From: a virus
DNA length: 64,000 bases
Virus record (IMG/VR): IMGVR_UViG_3300028895_000202
Location: 6,930 to 70,929 of that record
Reading direction: 5' to 3' (one strand)
Below, in pieces: positions 45,403 to 54,672 of the stretch. The position numbers were made by a program, and so were the translations under genes. The notes under the pieces were generated by a model. That model worked only from the letters and a program-made list of their open reading frames with translations, searched no databases and was not told the DNA's origin. Each line of letters opens with the position of its first letter. Positions within the stretch are counted from its first letter, which is position 1.

Positions 45403-47228
45403 ACCACATCGAGGCCGAGGGCTTCAAGGCGTTTCGACAACCAACCGGGCTGGCTTTCGACGAGGAGGCTGGCCTGTGGTTCGTTCAGGGCAGAAACCTG
45501 GACTCCCCCGCCCTAGGAGCCAACGGGGCCGGAAAGTCAACGCTATGGGACGCCCTTTGCTGGTGTCTGTACGGCAAGACTGTCCGGGGCACATACGGTT
45601 CTGCCGTATCCAGCTGGGGAGGGGACGGACACTCCCGGGTCACGCTGTCGATCGAGGTCGGGGGTCGCGGGCACATCATCGAGAGAACCAGGAAACCCAA
45701 CGCCCTGATCCTAGACGGCGACACGGTGGTGCAATCCGACGTGGACTCGCTACTGGAGATGAACTATGAGGCGTTTCTAAACACGACGATCTTCGGTCAG
45801 TTCAACTCCCAGTTCGCGGACAAGACGCCAGCACAGCGGCTGGACGCCCTTAGCTCCGCGCTGTGTCTCGACGTCTGGGATACGTACTCTGCCGCGTCCA
45901 AGGATGACGTACGCGAGACCGAGCGTCGGCTCGTGGCTCTTGAGGCTGATCTCTCCTCCGCCAGGGCCGTCCAGGACAGCCGGGTGGCAGATCTGCGCGA
46001 TATGCGTCAGCGTGACGACGAGTGGCTTGAGGGCGTCCAGAACGACAGGGAGCGCCTAGAGCGGAGGCTTGGGGTAAAGCGTGCGGAAATGGAGGCCCTG
46101 AGTTCGGAGCTTGCGCGGGCCCGAAACGAGGTCCGCGAGAAGAGGTCCGAGGAGGCAGACTGCCGCCGACTCCTTGCTAGTGCAAAGCTGGCGCTCGACA
46201 ATACAAACGCCGCAATCCTACAGACACGCACGGATCTCCGCAACAAGCGTGAGAACCTGACCTCCATCCAGGCCAAGATCGAGGGCATGAGGTCCTCCGA
46301 GGGGGCCTGCCCGGGGTGCCTTCAACCAATCACGGAGGCCGCCCGCGAGCACTTCTGCGCGGAGGGCGCCCTAGCGGCCCAAAAGACAGGCGAATATATC
46401 GCAAAACTTGAGTCCAAGCTCCAGGACGACCTGGAAGACCTGGAGACGCTCAAGTCGTCTGTTTTGGATGCAGAACGTCGATTATCGCGTACTGGTAAAG
46501 AAGCGGCGGGGCTATCCGCGACCGTCGCATCACTGCCCCGTGAGATCGAGATGGCGGAGAGGGCGTATTCAGAGGTCGTTTCTGACCTTGAGAACCTTGA
46601 AATGGGGACTTCACCCTATATGGACATGATCCGCCAGGAGGAGGAGAGGATCCATGAGGGTGACGTCGCTATCGCCGAGCTTGAGGAAGCCCGCGACGCC
46701 GTAGCAACAGCTTTGGAGATAGCGAAGCCGTGGCCCAAGAGGTTCAGGCAGATTCGTCTTTGGCTGCTGGAAGAGGCGGTTGATGAGCTTTCTGCGCTGA
46801 CATCTTCCGCCCTTTCGCAACTCGGCCTGTCTGGCTGGGAGATCGAATACAGGCTTGAGAAGGAGAATTCGGCAGGTAAAGTAACACGAAGTTTCGAGAT
46901 TCTGGTAAGATGTGACGCAACAGACGGATATGTCCCGTGGACATCTTGGTCTGGCGGTGAGACGCAGCGCCTTCGTCTTGCCATATCAATTGCGTTGAGT
47001 ACTCTACTGCGAAGCAGGATGTCTAATCCCCCGTCAATCGAAGTCTGGGATGAGCCCACGACGCATCTGAACGCAGATGGCGTGGATGACCTGATTCGTC
47101 TGCTTGGGGATAGGGCACAGTCAAGGCCTGTGTATCTCGTGGATCACAGGGCTCTGGACCAGGGTATCTTCTCAGGCACTGTCACGGTAACCAAGAGTGA
47201 TGGGCTTTGTACAATCACCAGATCCTAG
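45393..47228 (+). CDS. sbcC: SbcC/Rad50 (gp46-like) ATPase
   Basis: NGAGKS; CPGC zinc hook within coiled coil; SGGE; DEP; DH. Confidence 0.92.
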   Translation: MRLNHIEAEGFKAFRQPTGLAFDEEAGLWFVQGRNLDSPALGANGAGKSTLWDALCWCLYGKTVRGTYGSAVSSWGGDGHSRVTLSIEVGGRGHIIERTRKPNALILDGDTVVQSDVDSLLEMNYEAFLNTTIFGQFNSQFADKTPAQRLDALSSALCLDVWDTYSAASKDDVRETERRLVALEADLSSARAVQDSRVADLRDMRQRDDEWLEGVQNDRERLERRLGVKRAEMEALSSELARARNEVREKRSEEADCRRLLASAKLALDNTNAAILQTRTDLRNKRENLTSIQAKIEGMRSSEGACPGCLQPITEAAREHFCAEGALAAQKTGEYIAKLESKLQDDLEDLETLKSSVLDAERRLSRTGKEAAGLSATVASLPREIEMAERAYSEVVSDLENLEMGTSPYMDMIRQEEERIHEGDVAIAELEEARDAVATALEIAKPWPKRFRQIRLWLLEEAVDELSALTSSALSQLGLSGWEIEYRLEKENSAGKVTRSFEILVRCDATDGYVPWTSWSGGETQRLRLAISIALSTLLRSRMSNPPSIEVWDEPTTHLNADGVDDLIRLLGDRAQSRPVYLVDHRALDQGIFSGTVTVTKSDGLCTITRS

Positions 47229-47556
47229 ATTAGACGTGCTCTGGGCACCGATGGCGGCCATGCTTGGGCAGCTATCGCTAGTTGGTAAGCGCCCTATCCG
47301 TGCAGAGGATCATGTTTTACGAGAGCAGGATAGCGGTCTTTACATCAACATCGACGGTGGCAAGCTGTGCTGGTGCCATGAGCCTGAGTGCGCCACGCTC
47401 ATGGCTCGCGATGACGCCAAGGAGCTTGCCCAGTACTTCATGTTCAAGGCCCACCAGATTGGCATCGAGAGCATCGTCCACTACGACGCTGTGGATCCAA
47501 CCCTGACAACTCCTGACTACATGCCAGAGGATCTGGACGGGGAGCCAGAGAAGTGA
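47197..47556 (+). CDS. Hypothetical protein
   Basis: Coupled ORF; start uncertain. Confidence 0.5.
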   Translation: MMGFVQSPDPRLDVLWAPMAAMLGQLSLVGKRPIRAEDHVLREQDSGLYINIDGGKLCWCHEPECATLMARDDAKELAQYFMFKAHQIGIESIVHYDAVDPTLTTPDYMPEDLDGEPEK

Positions 47557-47810
47557 GCGATCTATACATGGATGACTTCGAGGAGATCGAAGAGATTCAC
47601 GTTCTATACACTGATGGCGGGGAGATCGAGGCCCGCTATCGTTTCCTGGGCGACGATGTCTGGGATTGGGTTTCTCTTGACGAGTACAGCGGCAGGCGTA
47701 AACGTCTGACGCAGTCTGCGATCGTGGAGTACATTGAGGATGCGCTGGGTGTTCCCGTTGCAAACGACTGCAATGTCACTCTCACGTGGGTTGACGATAT
47801 TGATGAGTGA
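47553..47810 (+). CDS. Acidic hypothetical protein
   Basis: GTGA-coupled ORF. Confidence 0.55.
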   Translation: MSDLYMDDFEEIEEIHVLYTDGGEIEARYRFLGDDVWDWVSLDEYSGRRKRLTQSAIVEYIEDALGVPVANDCNVTLTWVDDIDE

Positions 47811-48297
47811 GAAGCCCAAGAGGGAGCGCCGAGACGTGTCTATAGAGCCATACTCCGCGCCTATAGCAAGGACAGGACGCCGGATGGATCTACCATTCAT
47901 GGCGCCTATCCGGCGTGCTCCAGGGTCTCACCCTGTGTTCGGCTCCAATCCAGCGGCAGAGCTAGATGAGCACCTTCTGGCGAACATCCGAGCGGTGTGT
48001 CAGGGTGATGTCTCTCCGTCGTACAGCACAATAGCGGCGCGTGTCGGCGTTACGGAGGGTACGCTACAGCGGTGGCTAGATGAGTACCCGGCGCTTGCTG
48101 GTCAGATCGCGTCGTGGCGGGCCGACGGGCTGGCTGCGCTACGTAGGCGAGCTGCCGAGTTGGCTATGGAGGGCAACCCGCAGCTGCTGAAGATGCTCCT
48201 CGAAAAGCGCGATCCAGACTTCCGTGACGATCCTCGCGATGGCTTCTCCAGCGGAGCTGAGAGCGACGGAACCGCACCAGACCCCAGTTTCCTCTAA
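47803..48297 (+). CDS. HTH protein, terminase small subunit-like
   Basis: IAARVGVTEGTLQRWLDEYP HTH; A.EGN..LLK.LLE.R.P..RD C-terminus. Confidence 0.5.
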   Translation: MSEKPKRERRDVSIEPYSAPIARTGRRMDLPFMAPIRRAPGSHPVFGSNPAAELDEHLLANIRAVCQGDVSPSYSTIAARVGVTEGTLQRWLDEYPALAGQIASWRADGLAALRRRAAELAMEGNPQLLKMLLEKRDPDFRDDPRDGFSSGAESDGTAPDPSFL

Positions 48298-48342
48298 CTC
48301 TCGCCAGCTTGCTGCAGCCGCCTTGAGCGCCTAGCGATAGCC

Positions 48343-48666
48343 ATGCACCTCATCACGCTAATTCTGGGCAACACGCGGGTTGTTGATCCGACGAATCATG
48401 TGACCTCCTGCTGGTTGTGGGATGCCGCTTTCGATCATGGTGAGCCCAGCCTGTGGGTGAATGGTGTTCGGTATAGAGCGCGTCAGGAGCTTTTCCGGCA
48501 GGAGTTCGGCTACGATAACGACGCGCCGTTCAGGGGCACCCACTGCGGCGTCCCAGGCTGCGTCAACCCGCTGCACGACCTGCGCGCACCGAAACCTCAG
48601 CGCATGGTCGGAGTCTTTGAGGAGGTCGATACCGGACAACGCATTGTCCACAGCCCTAAGTTCTGA
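48343..48666 (+). CDS. HNH/His-Cys-box-like nuclease (possibly degenerate)
   Basis: CWLW...G....HCG...CVNPLH. Confidence 0.55.
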   Translation: MHLITLILGNTRVVDPTNHVTSCWLWDAAFDHGEPSLWVNGVRYRARQELFRQEFGYDNDAPFRGTHCGVPGCVNPLHDLRAPKPQRMVGVFEEVDTGQRIVHSPKF

Positions 48667-50303
48667 TGGAACAACGACTTAACAACATCGAGTCGCTAGC
48701 GAAGCGCATTCTTAGCGAGGTACACTACATGCGGCAGGGCGACGAGCCTGTCCGCGAGCCCGCGCCTGTTCGCGAGCCCGCTCCTGTCCGCGAACCCGCG
48801 CCGGTTCGCCCGCCTGTCTCTGGTCTTCCCGTGCAGGTCAGGATGATTCTGGGCGGACAGCCGAAGACGCTGACGTTCCGTGCCTGCGAGAACCTTCCGG
48901 AAGTCTTCATGACTGACGTCGCTGGTGGCGTTTGTGCCGTCGCGATGCCGACGTTTGGTGGCTATGCTGTCGGCGTGCTGAATCCGTTCGCGGATAACGG
49001 TAGTGTTCAGATCGATGAGCTTACCGTTGTCGTGGACGGCACGACAGTTACTGCGGACGACGTGATCATCCACCCCGGCTTCGGGCGTTGGCATGTTTCG
49101 AAGCTGCATGATGTGCCGGACCCGCAGACAGCGACCGGGCCTGGGCGTGAGAACGCTCGCAAGACGCTTGAGAAGTTCCAGTTCAGCTTCCACGACGGCC
49201 TTAGGATCTCGACTCCCAAGGATGCCAATGGACCCGGAGGCACTGGTATCTACATGGAGAATGCCTGGGCTGTTGGCTGCCGTGACGGTATGGAGGTCGC
49301 GCACTACGTCCTCCAGGGCTGGGCTAACAGGAACGCAATCTTCCGGTTTGATCGTGCAAGCTGGGCGCGGGGTCTGATCGTGCCGCACAAGTTTGAGTTC
49401 GATGCTCCGTTCAACGGGGTTGACAAGACCAAGACGTTCCCCGCTCAGGGGTACGAGTTCACCAAGCCTGTTGGCGAGCGCCAGGGGGCACTCAACCAGC
49501 TGGACTATTCGCACATCGTGCGTATGGTTCACGTGGCCGAGGCGGTAGCAATCCACGGTAGCAAGTTCGGCTTCCTGATGACGCTCTGCCTAGCCGCCGA
49601 TGCGCGTGCCTGCTGGATCATCCCCACCAAGCACGACACTGGCACGAACCTGCACTACTGGAGCCTAGCGGGCGCGGCCAACAGCCGACCCGTGGGCGGT
49701 GGATCACAGTTCGGTGGTAGGGGCCTCAACGGCCTGATGCGCGCGCTGACGGCTCAGGTTTGGGCCTCTCTGTGCCACGCTGAGCCGGATCCCGAGGTGT
49801 TCTACGACCCCTATGTCAGCGGGCTTGAGATGGTCGTGAAGTTCGTCAAGCACTGCTTCTCGTGGGATGAGGGCCTGCTTTACCGCCTGGGTTATACTGC
49901 TGACAATGGCTACCAGCCGAACAACGCATGGAAGCACAAGGTGGAGCAGGAGCAGTGGCCTCACCACATTCCAGAGGGTGAGAAGCCCGCTGTGTGGAAG
50001 GGCTTCGAGGCCGCACTCACCTTCGGCGGTCTGCGCGAGGTTGAGGAGGTACTCAACGGCGTTCTAGGCCACGAAGATCACGAGCTAGAGGACATCGTGG
50101 AGCGTATGCGTGAGCGGATGGCCGAGAACAATCCTACGCTTGGTGTCTGGGGTAACAGTCGCTGGGGAACCCACGACGTTGCAACGTGGACGGAATACAT
50201 CCTGGGGTATGGTAGAGATGAGGTCATCGAACTAACGAAGACGTACCCAACCCCGTGGACCGGAGATCACCCAGCGAACTCGTTCTACGGCGATCTGAAC
50301 TAG
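48666..50303 (+). CDS. Hypothetical 545-aa protein with (VREPAP)n linker
   Basis: Long ORF with typical codon usage; no family recognised. Confidence 0.7.
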   Translation: MEQRLNNIESLAKRILSEVHYMRQGDEPVREPAPVREPAPVREPAPVRPPVSGLPVQVRMILGGQPKTLTFRACENLPEVFMTDVAGGVCAVAMPTFGGYAVGVLNPFADNGSVQIDELTVVVDGTTVTADDVIIHPGFGRWHVSKLHDVPDPQTATGPGRENARKTLEKFQFSFHDGLRISTPKDANGPGGTGIYMENAWAVGCRDGMEVAHYVLQGWANRNAIFRFDRASWARGLIVPHKFEFDAPFNGVDKTKTFPAQGYEFTKPVGERQGALNQLDYSHIVRMVHVAEAVAIHGSKFGFLMTLCLAADARACWIIPTKHDTGTNLHYWSLAGAANSRPVGGGSQFGGRGLNGLMRALTAQVWASLCHAEPDPEVFYDPYVSGLEMVVKFVKHCFSWDEGLLYRLGYTADNGYQPNNAWKHKVEQEQWPHHIPEGEKPAVWKGFEAALTFGGLREVEEVLNGVLGHEDHELEDIVERMRERMAENNPTLGVWGNSRWGTHDVATWTEYILGYGRDEVIELTKTYPTPWTGDHPANSFYGDLN

Positions 50304-50381
50304 ATAACGCAGTACAGCCGACGAGGGGCTGCCCGGAAGGTCAGCTGCTCCGAGTAAGACGCGGCCTCGTCGGCTTCAAGT

Positions 50382-50458
50382 GCGCCCATAGCTCAATTGG
50401 TCAGAGCACTCGTCTTATATGCGATAGGTTCTAGGTTCAAGTCCTAGTGGGCGTACCA
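50382..50458 (+). tRNA. tRNA-Ile (anticodon TAT)
   Basis: GCGCCCA/TGGGCGT acceptor stem; GCTC/GAGC D-arm; anticodon loop CT-TAT-AT; GTTCAAGT T-loop; ACCA end. Confidence 0.88.
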
Positions 50459-50509
50459 CACTCACACCCGGCTTCGCAGCGTGACTAACTCGCAACCCTA
50501 CACTAAGTC

Positions 50510-51127
50510 ATGAAATACCTACTTCCCACCATTGCGGCCTGCCTGTTTGCGCTGGCCGTCATGCCAGCGAGCACGACTGCTGGGCAGGGTGCTCGCCCCG
50601 TTGTACATACACAGCAGATTGAGGTTCAGGAGAACGGGTTCGCGTCCGTAAACCTGCCCCAGTCGCCCACCACACCTGTCCGAGTTGAGCTTCGTGCCAG
50701 CTACAGCATCGAGTGGCTCGACACGATCACGGCTGGCGAGACTCCGGCAGCCGTGATCGCTTCGTGGGACTACCCCGAGCGAGGCGGCCTTCCGTCGCAG
50801 GGCGACTACGGTAGCTTTGGCGACACCTTTGTTGACCTCGATGTGCGTGCTTTCGGAATGCGATCGGTTGCTCGCGTCTCGCGCATCATTCAGACGGTGC
50901 TGGTTCAGCCCGGCGAGACCGACTTCCTCGGCTATGACGGGGGCGCGTTCGTCGGCGTGAACTCCACTACCGATCCCAAGGTCATCGCCAACTTCGTCGG
51001 TGACGGTGAGGTGTTCCTTCCCTACGTCTTCACCAGCGAGGATCACCTTGCTGGTGGTAGCAACGCTTCGATCCAGCGCAGCACCACGGCGGCTGCCGCA
51101 ATCACGGTGATTTACTACTATGAATAG
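50510..51127 (+). CDS. Exported protein, choice-of-anchor E-like beta domain
   Basis: Signal peptide; FVGDGEV...TTAAAAITVIYYY C-terminus resembles that family (recognised from memory). Confidence 0.5.
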   Translation: MKYLLPTIAACLFALAVMPASTTAGQGARPVVHTQQIEVQENGFASVNLPQSPTTPVRVELRASYSIEWLDTITAGETPAAVIASWDYPERGGLPSQGDYGSFGDTFVDLDVRAFGMRSVARVSRIIQTVLVQPGETDFLGYDGGAFVGVNSTTDPKVIANFVGDGEVFLPYVFTSEDHLAGGSNASIQRSTTAAAAITVIYYYE

Positions 51128-51821
51128 CCTACTCAAAGCAGTCGTTATGGTCTGCCTTATGGCAGCCTCCGCGTCGGCCCAGTTCGCCAACACTTCGGTA
51201 GCCACTGGGCCTGCCAGGAAGCCGATTGTTCTCACTAACCGAGAGCTGATCGGTGCCGGGGTTCCGCGCAGCTTCCAGATTCCCGACCAGCCGGTCGGCA
51301 CGGACACCCTGCGGATGCAACTGTTCACGAGGCAGTGGACTCGGGTGGGCGGTCAGAACCGCAGCGGGCAGGTCCACCCTGGGTTCGACTACAACATCGA
51401 GAACCCCCAGCACGCTCGCGCCTCGCTCCAGCAATACTTCTACGACGACAACGGCTACGCCGGACTGCCGAGCAGTTGGAACGCACACTTGGTCCTCTGG
51501 GAGTGGGGTCCGACCCTCCCGGCTTCTCCCTCGGAGTACATCGACCCCCAGGACTGGGAGTGGGCGTGTGAGAACAACCCCACATGCTATTGGGGCGCGG
51601 CCACCTACGACGGCCCGAAGAGCCACCGCGACACCTGGAGGGAGTATACGATTCAGCAGGGCTCTCCCTGGTATCCTGCCGCGCAGACCCCCGGCTCGAC
51701 AATCCACTTCGTCCCGGTGCTGGAGTGGTACGACGCCCAGGGCGTGTGGGATGGCAGCCACGCTTGGCCCGTGGCAATCCGATGGGAGCAGACCACCCTC
51801 CTCTGGCTGACCTGGGAGTGA
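51120..51821 (+). CDS. Exported Trp-rich protein
   Basis: Signal peptide ending ASA-Q; Trp/Tyr/Pro-rich. Confidence 0.6.
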   Translation: MNSLLKAVVMVCLMAASASAQFANTSVATGPARKPIVLTNRELIGAGVPRSFQIPDQPVGTDTLRMQLFTRQWTRVGGQNRSGQVHPGFDYNIENPQHARASLQQYFYDDNGYAGLPSSWNAHLVLWEWGPTLPASPSEYIDPQDWEWACENNPTCYWGAATYDGPKSHRDTWREYTIQQGSPWYPAAQTPGSTIHFVPVLEWYDAQGVWDGSHAWPVAIRWEQTTLLWLTWE

Positions 51822-51825
51822 TCCG

Positions 51826-52095
51826 ATGTCCGACGACGAGATCTATGCTCACCTCGAAGAGATGAACCCGGATGCCCTCGTGGCTGACGGCTTCGAGTCT
51901 GCGTATGTTGGGCATACTGTGCTGGGCCCATGCGGCCCCGTGCGTGCCGTATACGACGCTTACAAGTGCATCGACGTCCTGGTAGAGGACGAGGGCATGA
52001 CAACTGTGGAAGCGATGGAGTTCCTGGACTTCAACGTGTTCGGGGCGCACATGGGAGAGCATACTCCGATCTTCGTCTGGATCAAGAAGACGTAA
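51826..52095 (+). CDS. Conserved phage hypothetical protein
   Basis: ADGFE.A..G...AVYD..KCI..L...GM...EA.EF..FN..GA..G..TPIF pattern, common in environmental phages. Confidence 0.7.
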   Translation: MSDDEIYAHLEEMNPDALVADGFESAYVGHTVLGPCGPVRAVYDAYKCIDVLVEDEGMTTVEAMEFLDFNVFGAHMGEHTPIFVWIKKT

Positions 52096-52121
52096 CCTAC
52101 TATAGGATACGCACTTAGGGC

Positions 52122-52183
52122 GGCCCGCAGGTTCTCTCAGGAAATGAGTTGACCTGCGGGCCTTTCTGTGCCAAGATAGCGCC
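52122..52183 (+). promoter_or_regulatory. Terminator hairpin overlapping a promoter for a probably leaderless sigma mRNA
   Basis: GGCCCGCAGGT/ACCTGCGGGCC followed by TTTCT; TTGACC-17-CAAGAT ending 6 nt before the ATG. Confidence 0.5.
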
Positions 52184-53194
52184 ATGATCACTTCTACTGA
52201 CATCACGGCGCTGCTCACTGAGTACGCTGCCGACATGGAGACCTACGACACGAAACTCGCTTCGCTAGTCGAGCAGCACCGGGGCATCCGGCTGGAGATC
52301 CAGCAGGAGCGCCGCGAAGTTCGACCGTCCAAGTTCCCACTACCCGCCGAGCGGGCCTTCCGCCGCGACCTCTACAAGTACCCGGCGTGGAGCGCCAAGA
52401 AGAGCACTGAAGCTGCCCGCCTCCTCGAATACTGCCGTGCCCGCTACGAGGACGACCCGAGCGAGGCGCGTGAGGCAGAACTTCACAGGGTTCGGGACCT
52501 CTTCGTCGTGCATAATATGCGCTTGGTACTCAAGAAGCTCGACAAGTATACTAAGCAAGACGACGACTTCCGCCTCGACCTTCTCCAGGAGTGCAGTCTG
52601 TCACTCTTCGATGCTGTCGATCGGTATGAGTGGCGGCGGGGCATCAGCTTTACTACTTACGCTTCCTACTGGGTCCACGAGCGTGCCATGAATACCTGTT
52701 ATGATCGGCATGTCGTGAAGGTTTCCAGGAGTCTCCAGAAGGAGGCTCGACGGGCAGCCAGCATCGCGTCCACCTACGAGTCTCTGGTTTCCGAGCAGGT
52801 TGCTGAGCAACTCGGTGTTAGCAGCGAGCGGGCGGACTACCTGCTCAGCCAAGACAGTCGTCGTACCATGTCGATCCATGGGCCCGACGACGGCGACGAC
52901 GAAGGTGAGATCGGTGATACCATCGAGGACGAAGGCTACGAGGTCTACAGCCCCAAGATGGAGGACATGTCTCCGAAGGATTGTGTGGCTGCGGCCATGG
53001 AGCGCCTGCTGGAGAGGGAGCAGGAGGTCATTGCACGGTACTACGGTATCGGCTGCGAGGCTCAGAGCATGCCTAGCATTGCCCGGGATCTCGGCGTTAG
53101 CTCTCAGCGGATCCAGCAGATTCACCGACGTGCGCTTGGGAAGATGAGCACGCACAAGATCTACAGCATCTCAGAGCCCTATCTGCCGTGCTGA
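52184..53194 (+). CDS. Phage-encoded sigma-70 family factor
   Basis: HNMRLV; DLLQE...L..AVDRY...RG.SFTTYA.YW (region 2); L.EREQEVI..YYG...IARDLGVS.QRI.QI..RAL.KM (region 4). Confidence 0.92.
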   Translation: MITSTDITALLTEYAADMETYDTKLASLVEQHRGIRLEIQQERREVRPSKFPLPAERAFRRDLYKYPAWSAKKSTEAARLLEYCRARYEDDPSEAREAELHRVRDLFVVHNMRLVLKKLDKYTKQDDDFRLDLLQECSLSLFDAVDRYEWRRGISFTTYASYWVHERAMNTCYDRHVVKVSRSLQKEARRAASIASTYESLVSEQVAEQLGVSSERADYLLSQDSRRTMSIHGPDDGDDEGEIGDTIEDEGYEVYSPKMEDMSPKDCVAAAMERLLEREQEVIARYYGIGCEAQSMPSIARDLGVSSQRIQQIHRRALGKMSTHKIYSISEPYLPC

Positions 53195-53592
53195 GCCTAC
53201 GTAAAGATGGCGTAATTCCGAAGATTGTTCTTGAGTTCCTGGAGGCGGTAGCCGATACTCTGGTTGTCGCGCCAATCGCGATTCCAACCGAAGGAGACAC
53301 TACGACGATGATTCAGACATGCCACATGTGCGAGTGCCCGCTGCCCTCGCTGATCCCCAGCATCAAAGCAAAGGCGAGTATCGCCGATGGCGTTGCACAG
53401 CTAGTGCCCAGCCAGGATGGTACGTACCACATCTGTCTCGGGTGTGCGCCTAAGATGGTGTCCATCTTCGATGTGACGTGTGACGACCCGCTGTCGGCTC
53501 AGCTGTGGGTTTCGGCCATCAACGATGCGTGGGCTGAGATTGAGCCCGGAGTGGAGTTTTACCTTAGCGACTACAGGCAGGATACGGTCTGA
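53188..53592 (+). CDS. Hypothetical CxxC protein (start may be about 53308)
   Basis: CHMC...CLGC. Confidence 0.5.
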   Translation: MLSLRKDGVIPKIVLEFLEAVADTLVVAPIAIPTEGDTTTMIQTCHMCECPLPSLIPSIKAKASIADGVAQLVPSQDGTYHICLGCAPKMVSIFDVTCDDPLSAQLWVSAINDAWAEIEPGVEFYLSDYRQDTV

Positions 53593-53795
53593 TGATGTAC
53601 GCGGAATACTGCAAGGTGGCGCAGGTCTGGCGCCTTATCTTCGGCGCTCCCGGTGCCTACAACGAATCCAGCCTCATCGACCTGGACGGCCAGTTTGGCT
53701 GGCAAACCAGGACTGAGTTGGCGTTCGATCTGGGCCGTAAGGGGCTTACGCTCACCGAGTCGAACAAGGTGGTTCTTACTGAGGCTACGAAGTAA
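53592..53795 (+). CDS. Hypothetical protein
   Basis: Coupled ORF. Confidence 0.55.
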   Translation: MMYAEYCKVAQVWRLIFGAPGAYNESSLIDLDGQFGWQTRTELAFDLGRKGLTLTESNKVVLTEATK

Positions 53796-54043
53796 TGGAA
53801 TCCGGATACCTCAAGGCGTTTTGCCTCATGATGTGCAACGTGTCCCCTAGGGGCATTGCACAGTACGTCTACGGCAGCCAACACGAGCAAAGCTACCTTG
53901 GCGCTAAGGAACACAGTATCGCTACTGATCCGCTGCGGTGGGTCGCGACGCTGGACAGCGTCAGCCTGGGTAGGCTACGCAAGATGGTGGCGGACTACGA
54001 TTCGATGTACTTTTGCGAGGAGGATCATGTCAGCCAAGACTAG
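53795..54043 (+). CDS. Hypothetical protein, paralog of 63468..63689
   Basis: P....YVYG....YL..K.......PLRW...LD...L.RL pattern shared with 63468..63689. Confidence 0.6.
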   Translation: MESGYLKAFCLMMCNVSPRGIAQYVYGSQHEQSYLGAKEHSIATDPLRWVATLDSVSLGRLRKMVADYDSMYFCEEDHVSQD

Positions 54044-54452
54044 AGTATGGGACCAGCGCATGCTTGGCCTTGCTGAGCTGGTCGCTAGTTGGTCGAAAGA
54101 CCCCAGGACCAAGGTGGGTGCCGTCATTGCCGACACGAGCTTCAGAGTCTGTGGAGTCGGCTACAATGGCTTTCCCCGAGGCGTGATCGACGTTGCATCT
54201 CGCTTGGCTGATCACGACGCCAAGCATGCGTGTACGGTGCATGCTGAGGTGAACGCTATCCACAATGCCTCCCTAACCGAGGGCTGCACGATCTACACCA
54301 CGCTGGCCCCGTGCTCGCAGTGCATGGCGCAGATCATCCAAGCTGGAATCATTCGTGTGATTTACGGTAGGAGGCATGACAACATCGACTACACATATAC
54401 AGACACAATGGCGCGTGAGGCCAAGGTGATCCTGGAGCAACATCATGGATAA
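54027..54452 (+). CDS. dCMP deaminase
   Basis: SWSKDPRTKVGAVI; GYNGFPRG; HAEVNAI; PCSQC; GGAGG RBS. Confidence 0.9.
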   Translation: MSAKTRVWDQRMLGLAELVASWSKDPRTKVGAVIADTSFRVCGVGYNGFPRGVIDVASRLADHDAKHACTVHAEVNAIHNASLTEGCTIYTTLAPCSQCMAQIIQAGIIRVIYGRRHDNIDYTYTDTMAREAKVILEQHHG

Positions 54453-54672
54453 CGTGAATCATCCCCCGCATTACACCGCAGGCGGTTTCGAGGCGATCGA
54501 TGTGATTGCGTCGAAGCTGGGGGACGAGGGGTTCGTAGCGTATTGCCACGGCAATGCTCTCAAGTATCTCCTCCGTTGCAGGTACAAGGGCAAGATGCTG
54601 GAGGACTTGTCGAAGGCGCGGTGGTACATCACGGCAATCATTGAACAGATGGAGAAAGACGATGCACAGTGA
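54445..54672 (+). CDS. DUF3310 protein
   Basis: DNVNHPPHY..G..EAID...GNALKY..R...KG...EDL.KA.WY. Confidence 0.9.
   Translation: MDNVNHPPHYTAGGFEAIDVIASKLGDEGFVAYCHGNALKYLLRCRYKGKMLEDLSKARWYITAIIEQMEKDDAQ

Noticed and set aside
50327-50347. SRP (4.5S) RNA suggested by CCGGAAGG
   Set aside because: Lacks the flanking CAGG/AGCA internal-loop motif and the overall length.
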